From sequence record SRR22947727_4515: 37,859 nucleotides of DNA; one strand, 5' to 3'. The notes below the pieces were generated by a model, which saw only the letters and a program-made list of their open reading frames with translations, did no database searches and had not been told where the DNA came from. This document shows, one piece after another, positions 18,956 to 29,800 of the stretch. The position numbers and the translations under genes are program-made. How positions within the stretch are numbered: the first letter of the stretch is position 1; each line of letters begins with the position of its first letter.

Positions 18956-19744
18956 ATGCTGGGAAAAACAGTCGCATTGCAAATTAAGACGCCGGAAGGG
19001 GTGACCTTTGAAATTCCCCTGGCCAGCCCGGTTTCACGCTGTCTTGCGTTGGCGATAGATCTCGTCGTCATCAGTTTCCTCACCGGAGTGGTTGCCTATG
19101 TCGTAAGCCTTCTGGCTGCCGCAGGAATGGCAATCCCTGCAATCGCTGACTTTGGAAATGCAGCGTTGATGGTTGCAAGTTTCGTCATTTCGATGGGTTA
19201 CGGAATGTTTATGGAATGGTTTTGGAGAGGGCAAACCATCGGAAAGCGCGTGCTAAAGCTCCAAGTCATGGATGAGCGGGGCCTGAACCTCAGCATGAAG
19301 CAAATTATCCTTCGAAATATCTTCCGCGCCGTCGACACCCTTCCGACGAACCTCTATTTCATTGGAGGACTCTCCTGTTTGCTCACGAAACGATGCCAGC
19401 GACTGGGTGACATCGCTGCAGGAACGGTTGTCGTTCGCAAGATCAAAGTGGAGCAACCTGCGACAGATCAAATTTTTACCGCTGACGAAAATTCGTTCGC
19501 AGAGTTCCCCCATCTCGAAGCGCGCTTGCGACAGGAAGTCACCCCAAACGAAGCTCGTGTCGCTTTGGATATGATCACTCGCCGTGAAGAGATCGAACCG
19601 CAGTATCGTCTCGGGATTTTCACGCAGCTGGCAGATCACTTCAGGACCAAATGTGAATTCCCTGAGAACGTTTCATTTGGACTATCCGATGAACAGTATG
19701 TTCGAAATGTCGTCGAGACTCTTTACCGAAGAACTTCGGTGTAA
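18956..19744 (+). CDS. RDD family membrane protein
   Basis: TPEGV...LASPVSRCLALAID, GQTIGKRVLKLQV, RNIFRAVD and QRLGDIAAGTVVV. Confidence 0.9.
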   Translation: MLGKTVALQIKTPEGVTFEIPLASPVSRCLALAIDLVVISFLTGVVAYVVSLLAAAGMAIPAIADFGNAALMVASFVISMGYGMFMEWFWRGQTIGKRVLKLQVMDERGLNLSMKQIILRNIFRAVDTLPTNLYFIGGLSCLLTKRCQRLGDIAAGTVVVRKIKVEQPATDQIFTADENSFAEFPHLEARLRQEVTPNEARVALDMITRREEIEPQYRLGIFTQLADHFRTKCEFPENVSFGLSDEQYVRNVVETLYRRTSV

Positions 19745-19778
19745 CGAAATACTCACTTTTGTGGAGACTCTTTAAAAC

Positions 19779-19818
19779 AAAAAAGCCACGCCCGTTTAAA
19801 AGGCGTGGCGCATTTTTT
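19779..19818. terminator. Bidirectional Rho-independent terminator between convergent RDD and vccD genes
   Basis: aaaaaa-gccacgcc (19785-19792), loop, ggcgtggc (19802-19809)-gca-tttttt. Confidence 0.75.
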
Positions 19819-19841
19819 CGTTCAGGAAAACAGCCAAAAAT

Positions 19842-20498
19842 TCAGGGGCGGAATTCTGTGATTTGCCCGTTGTAAGGATTTACCTGAAGGCAATAATAGT
19901 TGGCTGGATCCGTATCTCTGACCGCGCCTTCGCCCTGAACAAGTGTGAGATACCATGTGTCGCCATTGGACCGGTTAGGAAGATCAGTGGAACCATCCGG
20001 GCGAAATCGAAAGGCCACATAGTCCGTTTCCTCCATTCCAAGTCCTACGGGGACTTCGTATTTCCCCTCCTGAGGTGACACAAATCCGAATTTTTTGTCA
20101 GCAGAATCCTTACCTGCAGTGGTCAATAGAGTGCTCAGCGCCTCACTCAAAATTACAGGCGCATTGATTCGGTAAAATCGACTGACTTCGATCATTGCAC
20201 CTGTTTTATCGAATTGGAACATCTGATAGGCTCGAAATCCCTCCTCCGTTTCTGCTGCTGCCGTATCGGCCAATTTGAAGAAACGCAATTCAACATCCGC
20301 GTTTTTTGCCAATGCCAGCTGCTGTGCCTGACTGATCTGGTTCCTAAGGTGCGACCCCTCCGACGTTAAACTCGAAGACTGCATCAAACTGAAGAGATCC
20401 GGAGCGGCAAAGGCCAACAATATCCCGACAACCGTTAACACGATCATCATCTCGATAAGCGAAAAAGCTGCTGCGATTTTTCTTTTAACAATGTTCAT
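19842..20498 (-). CDS. vccD: Verru_Chthon cassette protein D (FimT/GspH-like prepilin)
   Basis: A|FSLIEMMIVLTVVGILL prepilin-type N-terminus, AQQLALAKNADVELRF, FRFRPDGSTDL and LQVNPYNG. Last gene of the cassette. Confidence 0.85.
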   Translation of the reverse strand: MNIVKRKIAAAFSLIEMMIVLTVVGILLAFAAPDLFSLMQSSSLTSEGSHLRNQISQAQQLALAKNADVELRFFKLADTAAAETEEGFRAYQMFQFDKTGAMIEVSRFYRINAPVILSEALSTLLTTAGKDSADKKFGFVSPQEGKYEVPVGLGMEETDYVAFRFRPDGSTDLPNRSNGDTWYLTLVQGEGAVRDTDPANYYCLQVNPYNGQITEFRP

Positions 20499-20513
20499 AA
20501 AAAAATTGGGGGA

Positions 20514-21560
20514 TTATTTAATCTCATCTACTTCGAAGTCACTCCACCGTGAACTTCTCATCATAACGATTGTACTGAAGATCTTGTAATTGATCCCTTT
20601 TCCACCGAGCTCTTCTTCCAACGTTGCGATATCGTCGTCGTACTTACTCGTATTCTTAAACAGCTGATCAAAGATAAGCTCCTGCGGCGGTGTCCCGACT
20701 GATTCCTGCCGAATACCTGCAGTTTCATCGACTGCAATCATTGTGAGCCGCATCAGAGGCGGTACTTGTTGGGCATATTTCAAATCCACAATCGAATTTG
20801 AATCAAACTCAAAGTTCGAAGCAATTCTGCTGAACGTATTTCTTCTATCGTCACCTGAAACTTCAAGGGTGTCTCGAGGAGACACAACCAGTGCGATAAT
20901 ATTCTCCGCAAGTGGATGAACATGTTCGAAAAACGGTCCAGATTTCACAGAACTCTCGCTTTGCCGCCACCATTTATCCAACTGTGGCTCCTGATCATTT
21001 TCACGCTCAGCTTGACCATCTGCAAACACCTGATTTTCTTCTGCGGGAGGTCGAAACTCCATCAACCGAAAACGGTACTTAGGATCAGACCTCACAAAAT
21101 CAGGGCGAAACTCCAGATCATCGCCATAGACAACAAAATAGCCCCGGCCGTTAAACAGATTGTTCAGGTTCCGGTATCGAGTCGAAAATCCGAGTGGAGC
21201 CTGAAAAAACAAAGCGTGCCCCACTGGGGTTCCGCCGGGGATTTCGCCTGCTAATTCAGATGCGGGACAAGTCTTGAAATGAAGCTCCGATCGTCTCTCA
21301 TAGCTGGATGGGAAATTGGTCGCCGGATCATACTTGTAGTCGTAGTAGGTATTCAACGAGGCCTGAGAAGCATTTTTGGTAATGATATCAAACGCAACCC
21401 GGGCTTCCCGGAATTGACCAACCCGATCCTGAGCCGATACCCAGGTTTGTTGAATCGTTCCCAGCAGTGTGGTGAGGAGCAGTAGAAGCACTGACAAAAT
21501 CCCCATTGAAACCAACAGTTCGACCAGGGTGAAACCTGCATTTCTATTTCGAAAAGTCAT
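20514..21560 (-). CDS. vccC: Verru_Chthon cassette protein C (PilW-like prepilin)
   Basis: G|FTLVELLVSM, QFREARVAF, SQASLNTYYDY, RRSELHF, HALFFQAPLG, LAENII and QVPP. Confidence 0.87.
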   Translation of the reverse strand: MTFRNRNAGFTLVELLVSMGILSVLLLLLTTLLGTIQQTWVSAQDRVGQFREARVAFDIITKNASQASLNTYYDYKYDPATNFPSSYERRSELHFKTCPASELAGEIPGGTPVGHALFFQAPLGFSTRYRNLNNLFNGRGYFVVYGDDLEFRPDFVRSDPKYRFRLMEFRPPAEENQVFADGQAERENDQEPQLDKWWRQSESSVKSGPFFEHVHPLAENIIALVVSPRDTLEVSGDDRRNTFSRIASNFEFDSNSIVDLKYAQQVPPLMRLTMIAVDETAGIRQESVGTPPQELIFDQLFKNTSKYDDDIATLEEELGGKGINYKIFSTIVMMRSSRWSDFEVDEIK

Positions 21561-21579
21561 AGTAATTATCCAATCTAAA

Positions 21580-22158
21580 TCATTCTCCTACAAAATCCTG
21601 ACCCATCTTAACAACCGTGGTTTGATAGGTGTGAATTCTTCTTCGTAATTTTGGGTCATCCCATTCGATCCCTGTGCCAATATAAGGAAGGGAAGTCACT
21701 TCAATGACCACCATCCGCAGATTTTCATTGAAATTTTTCGCCCCCGGCAGGGTGATTCCGTCAAAACTGGCGCCACCAACACTTTCAGGGAAAGATCCGC
21801 CAATTGCCTGAGGAATGTGGATTCGTGCCGTGTAAATATGCTCAAAGTCACCTTTTTGAGAATCCAGCAGCTCCACTCCCTGACTGTCATAGAAGCGTTC
21901 CTGTTTGTGAAAATCATCGAGCGGAGAGTCTGAACCACCTTTGCTGTCGGCGAATGGAGTCAATTGAATCTCCCCGAGGATTTGCTGGTGAATTCGGGCC
22001 TCAATAGCCTGATCCGCCGCCTCTCTCATTGTCGCAAGCCCCTGAGGGATCATTCCCATCAGAGAAACGAGGGCGACGGCCGTGATGGCCAGCGCAATCG
22101 TCACTTCAATGAGGCTGAAACCCTCGTTGGATTTATCCGGTAAATTTTGAACTTTCAT
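21580..22158 (-). CDS. vccB: Verru_Chthon cassette protein B (PilV-like prepilin)
   Basis: G|FSLIEVTIALAITAVALVSLMGMIPQGL, RFYDSQG and IYTAR. Confidence 0.85.
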   Translation of the reverse strand: MKVQNLPDKSNEGFSLIEVTIALAITAVALVSLMGMIPQGLATMREAADQAIEARIHQQILGEIQLTPFADSKGGSDSPLDDFHKQERFYDSQGVELLDSQKGDFEHIYTARIHIPQAIGGSFPESVGGASFDGITLPGAKNFNENLRMVVIEVTSLPYIGTGIEWDDPKLRRRIHTYQTTVVKMGQDFVGE

Positions 22159-22196
22159 AGCTTCTTTCTAAAAATTTTCGAATCGATGAATGCAGA

Positions 22197-25100
22197 TCAC
22201 GGCGCAAATCGAGTCGGATTCACGACGCGGAATTTGTAATATTCTCCGAGAGATGGCAACTGAGTTGGATCAGCGATCGCGTAGTCTGGAATTTGCCGAT
22301 CATTTGATTCCACATAACGCTCGACGATCGTCGCACCGCGATACTCACCGACAACGGAATCGATTTTCGGATCCCAGCTGCTGTAATCATCATCGGCACG
22401 GCGAGATTGCGTAAGAACCTGAGCTCTAAAGTGAACCTTATAGGAGTTCGACTTGGTGGTAACCCGATTGTAGATATTTCCGTAAGGACGCTCGCGGGAG
22501 TTATCGCCAACCACAGCATGCTCAGCCCAATACTTTCCGCTATCCATATCCGCGATTACTCCATTACTCTCGTCTGGAGTATAAGTGTTAATCTGAGCCC
22601 GGCGACTGGTCGACCCCTGGCGCTCTGCGACTTGCTGAGGAACAAGGTGCATCGTTGTCACTTCACTGCCGGTTTTAAAGATCTCCAAGTCAGTTTCAAA
22701 CTTTCTTTGAAACTGAGCGAGGGTTTGATCTTCAAGAATCACAGTACGAAGTCGAAGCCCCTGCAAATTTCCACCATAAGGCTTGTCTCTCCAATGGTAT
22801 CCCTGACCACGCCCTGAGTTGTGCTTGTAATCCCTGACATACCTGCTCCGGGACGAAGTTCCACTTCCGCGGGTAGGAACGCAAAGCATGAATTCAGATT
22901 TAAAGACACCGCGCAAAGCCGTGCTGCGCTCAATATGACGGAACGGAAGCATTTGGTAATTCAAATTCACTTTTCCGGCTGTTGAGAGCGGCTCGGAAAT
23001 TGCATAAGGCTCGACAATCGGCATCCAGAATAAATCCATAATCAGATGATCAGGAGGCGACACATCTCCTGGATGAGTTTTGTATCCATGAGCGGTGCTC
23101 TCGATATTGGGGCGGAAAAGAAGGGTTTGCCATGGACGATTTTCAATCGTGCCAGTTGGCAATGAACCAAACATTCCCGGCCCATTGATGATCCGGTTAG
23201 GGGAGAAGTAGGCGGGTGAAGCCGGCTCATGAATCCAATCACGAACGAAGTAAGGAAAATCTCCATAATCCCGGCGCATTTCGAATTGCCCTGCAGATGC
23301 ATCAGGATCGGTCTGGTTGAAGAGAGAATGCAAATTTCCCTCGTCCGGCTTATTGATATATGGACCATCAACAGTCAGGCCAGGCCCGTTGTCGAAATCA
23401 CCATAATTCATGACGTCCGAGGTTTTATACCCAGATTCAGCACCTGTGATCATGATCGGGTTTTTCCCGCGGTAGTTCACATCTTGAACAAGCTGACGGT
23501 CTTGCTTAAACTGATAGCCACTATAGGTTCCGCCAGTCGAGAGCCCCATTGAGTGAGCCATTCTTGATTTTCCATACATCCAGTGAGGCCCAAATATATC
23601 CTCACCCGCTTCAATTTTCGCCCGAGCAGCCGCTATTCGCGCATCTCCGTGATTTACCGAAACCGACTGAACCACATCCTGCCCCCAAATGATGCGACCA
23701 GCTCCCTCATGGCTGTTGATCCGGTAGATCCGGCCGCGCCTCGCACTGCTGCGATCATTCGAAACTTCACCACCAACTGTTTCAGGATTGGTGCCGTGAC
23801 GAGTCAAACTCCACATTCCCAACGGGGATGTTGGATACCGCTGAATTCTGTTAAATTCGTTGAAGTAGCCCGCTCGCCCCTGTGGCAAGATAGGCGCAGC
23901 AACTGTAAAGTCATCGAATCGGACTGTAATATCCTGAATTACGTCGGCAGCAGAATCCTGAGGCGCCGAATCTTGATTATCGCCTACGTTCGCATCCTTA
24001 AAGATAAACTGGACATCGCCACCAGTCATCGAAAGTTCGAGACCTTCGATAACAAAGGGTTTCGTGATCAGATCATACTGGTTGTAGGGCTGCTGGCCAT
24101 CATACCCCGGATCAATGGGTGTCCAACGTCCACCGTAGCTCACATTCTGGGCGCCGGTGTGAGGTCTCGCTCCACCCAACTGATAGGAAAGCGGTTTTGT
24201 CCCCCCGTAGTGGCGGTCTCCCCAGCCAATCTGACGTCCATTGGTGTGCCAAGTATAATCAGTTCGCTCTAGAGAAGTTGCACCGGCTTTGGATTTAAAC
24301 GTAATCCCACTTAACACCTTAACTTCAATCGACATGTCTGGATTGATGGGAATCCAACCGAGGCTCGGCGTGAACAGATGAAAGAACAAACCGGCCTGAA
24401 TCAAGGTTTCCCCCTCCTTGAGCCTCATTTGGTCAGAGTTAACCGGGCCACGATCTCCCATTTTAGAGTTATCATATCCTCCCGCTACCCATCCGAGCTG
24501 CCAGTTCCAAACAGCAGGATCAAACACCCCGCCTTTACCGGGTGCTGAACCTGCAATGAGCGGGTCGGCAGGGTTTGCGTTATAGGCCATTGTCAACCAG
24601 GTCGGCCAATTCGTTCTCTCCGCTGTTTTTGCTGCCTCATCGAGAGAGTTGTACTGAACGTTCACTCTCGCATTCAACGGAGGAATGTTTGACCAGGCTG
24701 GCTCATTGATTGGTTCGTCGTGCCATCCGCCACCGTATTTTGTAATTCCAGGATAGCGGGGGTTTGCGCCAACTCCTCCAACAGTCTCGCCGTTGGCTTG
24801 ACCGCAGTTAATGGCAACGATCTCCGCATCCAAAAGGGTAAAGAATCGTCCAAATCCCTTCGTCGGTGTTGAACCCAAATCGATCGAGATTGGGGTCACT
24901 TGTCCATGCGACTTATGCATCCGGTCTTCGCCGACCACCAGCTTATTTCTACGATCCCTACGCCCATTGGTGTAGGTAATGTGTTTATTGTCATTAACTG
25001 CAGTCATTGCAGACTCCCAGTCTTCCCCAAAGAGACTGTCATCATGCAAATTGGTGCAACGAATGTAGTCAAAAATCTGAGTCAAAATTTGACGCGATTG

Positions 25101-26735
25101 ATGCTTTCCATACTTGGACTGAAAACTGTCGCCGTATCCGGGAACGTTTTCGCTCATCAATCCGTCCAGATACTTATACAAGTCCTGATTCCGTTGAATC
25201 CCGGTATAGTCAAAGGTCGGACTGTCAGCGTTCTCACGGCGGAAAATATAATCAATCCGGTCGCTGCTACCTGATCCTGCACTCACTTCGCCACCAAGAG
25301 TCGAACAGAAGTGGATCAACCGGTCGAAATTAGTGAGTTTTGTCTGATATTCAGAGCTGGAAGAAGTAGAACGAGCCGCATTATAAATAGGCCACATCGT
25401 AACCCGTGGAGTATTGAAAATCGTCGTTTCCGGAGAACGACTGGTAACCGTCAGGAAAAACTTAGAACGTTCAAGATGTTCTTGAATCTCATTTTCAGGC
25501 AATATACCTCCCTTAGAATCCGGAAAAATTGCGGGCTCGCGATCCGGGCGAAGCATAAATTCATCCACTGAAGGAAAAAGTGGATTCTTATCAGCAATCA
25601 AACCAAGTCGCTTATCAACATCACGAGGATCAATCTTCACCGTGCCGGACTCGGAACCACCGCCAACTACGCGTGGAACCAGCTCAAAAATCATTTCCAT
25701 CGCGTCGCGATCGTTGACGATATCAATCACACCCGGAGCCAACACGGGAATCAGGTGCGTCGTTGCCGGATGTCCCGGATAACGCTGCCACTCGTGCTGA
25801 GCAGGCTGAAACTTACCCATTGCCATATCGAGGTCACCTCCAGCTTTGGGAATATCCCATGCCAGTCCACCAGCAGCAGTATTGACGTTCAGTTTCGAAG
25901 TTTCATCGTCCGCCCAAAACGCAAATCGAGCGACAATGCGGTTTTCGTCCGATGGAATTCCTTTTCCGCTCAAACGGGTGAATTGTTTAGGAGCGTCAAG
26001 TGCTCCCGAAGGAGGCAGATGCCCCAGAGTTCCATCTTTCAGCTGATAGATCCATTTAACCGGCATCGGCAACACCTCTCTTTGGGTCTGATCGCTAACT
26101 ACTTTTGCAAGCTCAGAAGCAGGCGTTCCATTTTTGGTTTCGAGAGCCAACAGTCGGCTGTTCGAGTTCCCACCCTTTCCGGTGTTATAATCGAAACCTT
26201 CAATGCCTTGCTTTTGGTTCCCGATCTCTCTCGGCCAGACCGGAATTTCACGTGAATACGGGTCAACAATTGGAAAGTAAACTTTTGTCCCCCTCACAAC
26301 AGGCTCGTTCAAGTCCACATAAACCTCTGGCTGATCGCTCCAGTTTGCGGCTTCAGTAAAATCTTCCTGGACCAACAGGGCTTCATCAGTCACTTCCATC
26401 GCTTCATCGGAATACAATTTGTAACCCGTCTCAAAATCGCCATTGGAGGACCACGTGCGAATAGCGCCCGGCTGGGATGCCCATGCACTGGTCGTGCTGT
26501 TCGATGCTTTCCGAATCTGTGCAATCACCATGTTAATGGCCTGCTCACCAACCTGCTGAGCTTGCAAACCGTGCGAATAGGTTGCCGATGCCCGATGTTC
26601 ACTCTGCGCCAGAGAGAAAAATGTCAGGACTAGAATGGTCGAAAGAGACATGACCGCGAGCACTGTGACCAGTGCGACCCCTTTCTTATTTCCACTCTGC
26701 CCCGAAGGCTTGGCTGATTTTTTTAAGAGTTTCAT
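22197..26735 (-). CDS. vccA: Verru_Chthon cassette protein A, copy 1 (1512 aa)
   Basis: PilX-like KKG|VALVTVL, WASQPG, PMPVKW, AFWADDETSKLNVNTA, YINKPDEGN, FSPNR, PWQTLLFRP, DLFWMPIVEPYAISEP, GDNSRERPY and TTKSN. Confidence 0.9.
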   Translation of the reverse strand: MKLLKKSAKPSGQSGNKKGVALVTVLAVMSLSTILVLTFFSLAQSEHRASATYSHGLQAQQVGEQAINMVIAQIRKASNSTTSAWASQPGAIRTWSSNGDFETGYKLYSDEAMEVTDEALLVQEDFTEAANWSDQPEVYVDLNEPVVRGTKVYFPIVDPYSREIPVWPREIGNQKQGIEGFDYNTGKGGNSNSRLLALETKNGTPASELAKVVSDQTQREVLPMPVKWIYQLKDGTLGHLPPSGALDAPKQFTRLSGKGIPSDENRIVARFAFWADDETSKLNVNTAAGGLAWDIPKAGGDLDMAMGKFQPAQHEWQRYPGHPATTHLIPVLAPGVIDIVNDRDAMEMIFELVPRVVGGGSESGTVKIDPRDVDKRLGLIADKNPLFPSVDEFMLRPDREPAIFPDSKGGILPENEIQEHLERSKFFLTVTSRSPETTIFNTPRVTMWPIYNAARSTSSSSEYQTKLTNFDRLIHFCSTLGGEVSAGSGSSDRIDYIFRRENADSPTFDYTGIQRNQDLYKYLDGLMSENVPGYGDSFQSKYGKHQSRQILTQIFDYIRCTNLHDDSLFGEDWESAMTAVNDNKHITYTNGRRDRRNKLVVGEDRMHKSHGQVTPISIDLGSTPTKGFGRFFTLLDAEIVAINCGQANGETVGGVGANPRYPGITKYGGGWHDEPINEPAWSNIPPLNARVNVQYNSLDEAAKTAERTNWPTWLTMAYNANPADPLIAGSAPGKGGVFDPAVWNWQLGWVAGGYDNSKMGDRGPVNSDQMRLKEGETLIQAGLFFHLFTPSLGWIPINPDMSIEVKVLSGITFKSKAGATSLERTDYTWHTNGRQIGWGDRHYGGTKPLSYQLGGARPHTGAQNVSYGGRWTPIDPGYDGQQPYNQYDLITKPFVIEGLELSMTGGDVQFIFKDANVGDNQDSAPQDSAADVIQDITVRFDDFTVAAPILPQGRAGYFNEFNRIQRYPTSPLGMWSLTRHGTNPETVGGEVSNDRSSARRGRIYRINSHEGAGRIIWGQDVVQSVSVNHGDARIAAARAKIEAGEDIFGPHWMYGKSRMAHSMGLSTGGTYSGYQFKQDRQLVQDVNYRGKNPIMITGAESGYKTSDVMNYGDFDNGPGLTVDGPYINKPDEGNLHSLFNQTDPDASAGQFEMRRDYGDFPYFVRDWIHEPASPAYFSPNRIINGPGMFGSLPTGTIENRPWQTLLFRPNIESTAHGYKTHPGDVSPPDHLIMDLFWMPIVEPYAISEPLSTAGKVNLNYQMLPFRHIERSTALRGVFKSEFMLCVPTRGSGTSSRSRYVRDYKHNSGRGQGYHWRDKPYGGNLQGLRLRTVILEDQTLAQFQRKFETDLEIFKTGSEVTTMHLVPQQVAERQGSTSRRAQINTYTPDESNGVIADMDSGKYWAEHAVVGDNSRERPYGNIYNRVTTKSNSYKVHFRAQVLTQSRRADDDYSSWDPKIDSVVGEYRGATIVERYVESNDRQIPDYAIADPTQLPSLGEYYKFRVVNPTRFAP

Positions 26736-26781
26736 GATGTGGTTGCGTTTGGATTTTGGGGAAAAGCCCTCCGATTGGGCA

Positions 26782-26844
26782 ATTCTAAAATGTTTTACAA
26801 TGTAAATTGATGCAATTACAATGACAATACAAGAACATTCTTGT
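26782..26844 (-). promoter_or_regulatory. AT-rich internal promoter/operator region between the two vccA genes
   Basis: Minus-strand TAGAAT (26787-26782). Palindrome tttaca-a-tgtaaa (26794-26806). ttacaatg repeated 21 bp apart (26795, 26816). Inverted repeat acaagaa-ca-ttcttgt (26829-26844). Confidence 0.5.
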
Positions 26845-26866
26845 CGTTTTTTTCAAAAGTGACCCA

Positions 26867-29800
26867 TTAAGGCGTAAATCTCCGCGAATTGACAACCCTA
26901 AATTTGTAAAATTCTTGAAGATTTTTGTCACTCTCTGAAATGTCTGTGGCGTAATCCGGAATCGATTCTTCGTTTGCCTCAAGATAGCGCTCAATCAGCG
27001 TCGAACCTCTGCATTCAGCCGTCGGGCTATCTCTGGATGGATCAAACTTATCGGGACTGGAACCACGGCCCTGGGCAATGGTCTGACAACGAAAATGCAC
27101 CCGGAACGTGTTGGATTTGGTTGTCAGCCTTGAATAGAGGTTCGCGTAGGGCCTCTCCCGGCTGTTATCTCCAGTGAGAGCATGCTTGGCCCAAAAATCA
27201 TTTCGCATCGCATCGAGCGTCGGCGGCGTTTTGCTGCCAATAGCCGACGCCCCCCTCTTTTTAATGCTGCTATCTCTGTTCGTTTGAGGAATCAAATGCA
27301 CGTCACAAATTTCGCTCGCGGTTTTGTAGGCCCTGCCCGCATCGAATTTCTCTTCAAATTGCTTGAGCGTCTCGTCCAGGTTGATCGGATGCCTCACGTG
27401 AACTCGCTGCGGAAGCGTCCCTCTTTTGTATTGTGATGCCAATCCGTTTGGAACTGCCAACATCCACTCTGATTTCATGACCGCGCGAACTCCGGTCGAT
27501 CTCGTTATATGAGAAAACGGCAAAATCTGATAGTTCAGATTGATTTTTCCCGCCGTGGAAAACGGCTCACTGATTGCGTACGGCTCCACAACAGGCATCC
27601 AGAAAAGATCCAACAGGAGGTGATCCGGAGGATAGACATTGCCCCGCTTATCTCCGGTGGGAGGATCTGCATCCCCGGGATGCCCTTTTTGAGGCCTGAA
27701 TAACAGGGTTTGCCATGGCAGTTCACGTTTCACCCCCGTAGACAGCGAGCCAAACATCGCCGGCGATGGCACCAATCGATTGGGCGAGAAATACGATGCG
27801 CCAATCATCGCCTGCTGAGTCGCTCCTACCCCGTAATAGGGAACCGTCCACCGGTATCGATTCGATCTGAACGTGCCGGCATCCCGCTCTTTAATTAGAA
27901 TCTTTTTCTGCAACCCGTTCCCTTCATCCGGTTTATTGATGTAGGCCCCGTCTTTCATCACCGAAACCCCATTGTCGAAGTCACCGTGAATCGCATATTC
28001 CAATCCCTCTTCCGTTTTCGGAAAATCGGGTTTCCGGTTGGATTGATAACGATTTGGATTTTTTGATCCGCGGAGAGCGGGAACCAGGGGCGGAGCATTT
28101 CGTGTCTCACCGGGCACCACCGCGGAATTAAATCCCGTGAACGAATGCAGCACAAAATCCTTTGAGTCATCGTATCCCTCATGAGAAATAAACCATTCCT
28201 TGGGCACCTCTTTTTTCGCCGACAGGTGACGGTAATCGCTATGCCTCAACACCATGGTCCGAACGACATCCGACCCTTGGTTTCCATAATCCAGGATCGT
28301 CATCCCGGGACTATGAAATCGTCGCATTCGCCCTGCACGACTGAATGAAATCGTTTCCATCTCCGGACTCGATTTGCTGGTATTCCAATTATAGAGGTTT
28401 CGATGTCCCTGCGCAGGATCCCCCACTTTGATGCCATCATTGTTAAAAACCCACCAATAGGAGGGAAAGAAAATTCCCCCCCCACGGCTTTTCAGCTTAC
28501 CATTCCTCCCTCTGAGACGAGGAAGCGTGTAGATATAATTTCCGTAGGCATCTTTCGACAAGCCACCTCCCCATTTCTTCATCAGAGCTGGTTGAGGAAG
28601 CTCTGCGTCAGCAAATTTAATCGTCAACGTCTGCGCCAACAGCAAATCAGACAGCTCTGGCTTTTCGGGCGAATGAAAATTCCCCGAATACAATCGGATG
28701 ATGATTTCGCCACCTTCGAAATTCATTTCAGGATTCTCCTTATCGATAATCAAAGGAACGCTAATAAAAGGGTAGGCCATTCTGCCTTGATCGGTTCGGT
28801 CTTTTGGATTGCCATTCACCCCCCGATCATCCTGCAAATTTCCCCGGGCAGGAATCCGACGATTGCCCGCCACCGACCAGAAGCCGGATGTGCCGCCTGC
28901 AATCGAATTACTACTAAACCGCCCTACATTCCGTATCCTGGATCCCCCACCGCTCTGCCAAACGTCTTCGTCATTGAGCTGAAAATCCACGACTTCTCCA
29001 TTCACTTTAAACGGCTCCACGATTTCCACCTGCATCGTCATGTCTTCGTGCAAGGGCGTCCATCCTTGCGATGGAGTGAACAACTCAAATAAAAGCGCAG
29101 CTTGGATGCAGCGCTCTTCTTTCCTCCATTCCAGTTCTCTCGGAAGCGCCGCGTTTTGGCCCGTCCCACTTCCGAAAGCATTACTTCCCAGCACCCCTTT
29201 GGGATGTTTTGGCTCACCCGGATTATTGGGATCTTCACCTCCGGCATCGGCATTGCAAATGAACATGATTCCCGCCTCCGAAACCGTAAGAAATCGTCCA
29301 AACCCGCGAGTTTCCAGCGCTTCAATTTCGATCGGCACGACTTGGCCATGCCCCGGATAACTTCCCTCCGGCTGATTAATTCGTTCTTTTCCATCATCAC
29401 CCGGATCCACTTTCGGCTGCGGCCTTCTGCCATCAGTGAACTGAGACTGCTTCCCGAGATTCATCCAATCGTTGAATGAGTATTCATGCCGGTCGAGATT
29501 CTCGTCATACAAATTGGTGCACCGGATATAATCGAAAATTTCAGTGAGAATCTGATCCCGATCATCTCCGAATTTTGCGTCAAACCGACCGCCATACCCC
29601 GGAATTTTTCTCGAGGTTAAGTTTTGCAGGTATTTAAAAACCTCCTGATTCCGGGGAATATCCTCCCAGTCTTCCGTGGGACTGTCCGCATTTTTACGTT
29701 GGAAATAATAGATGGATTCGTCTTCACCCGCCTTGCCCGTTCGGCTGCAAAACCTCAACAATTCATCATAGGGCGTCCGATGAAGCCCTTTGCTAGTTTC

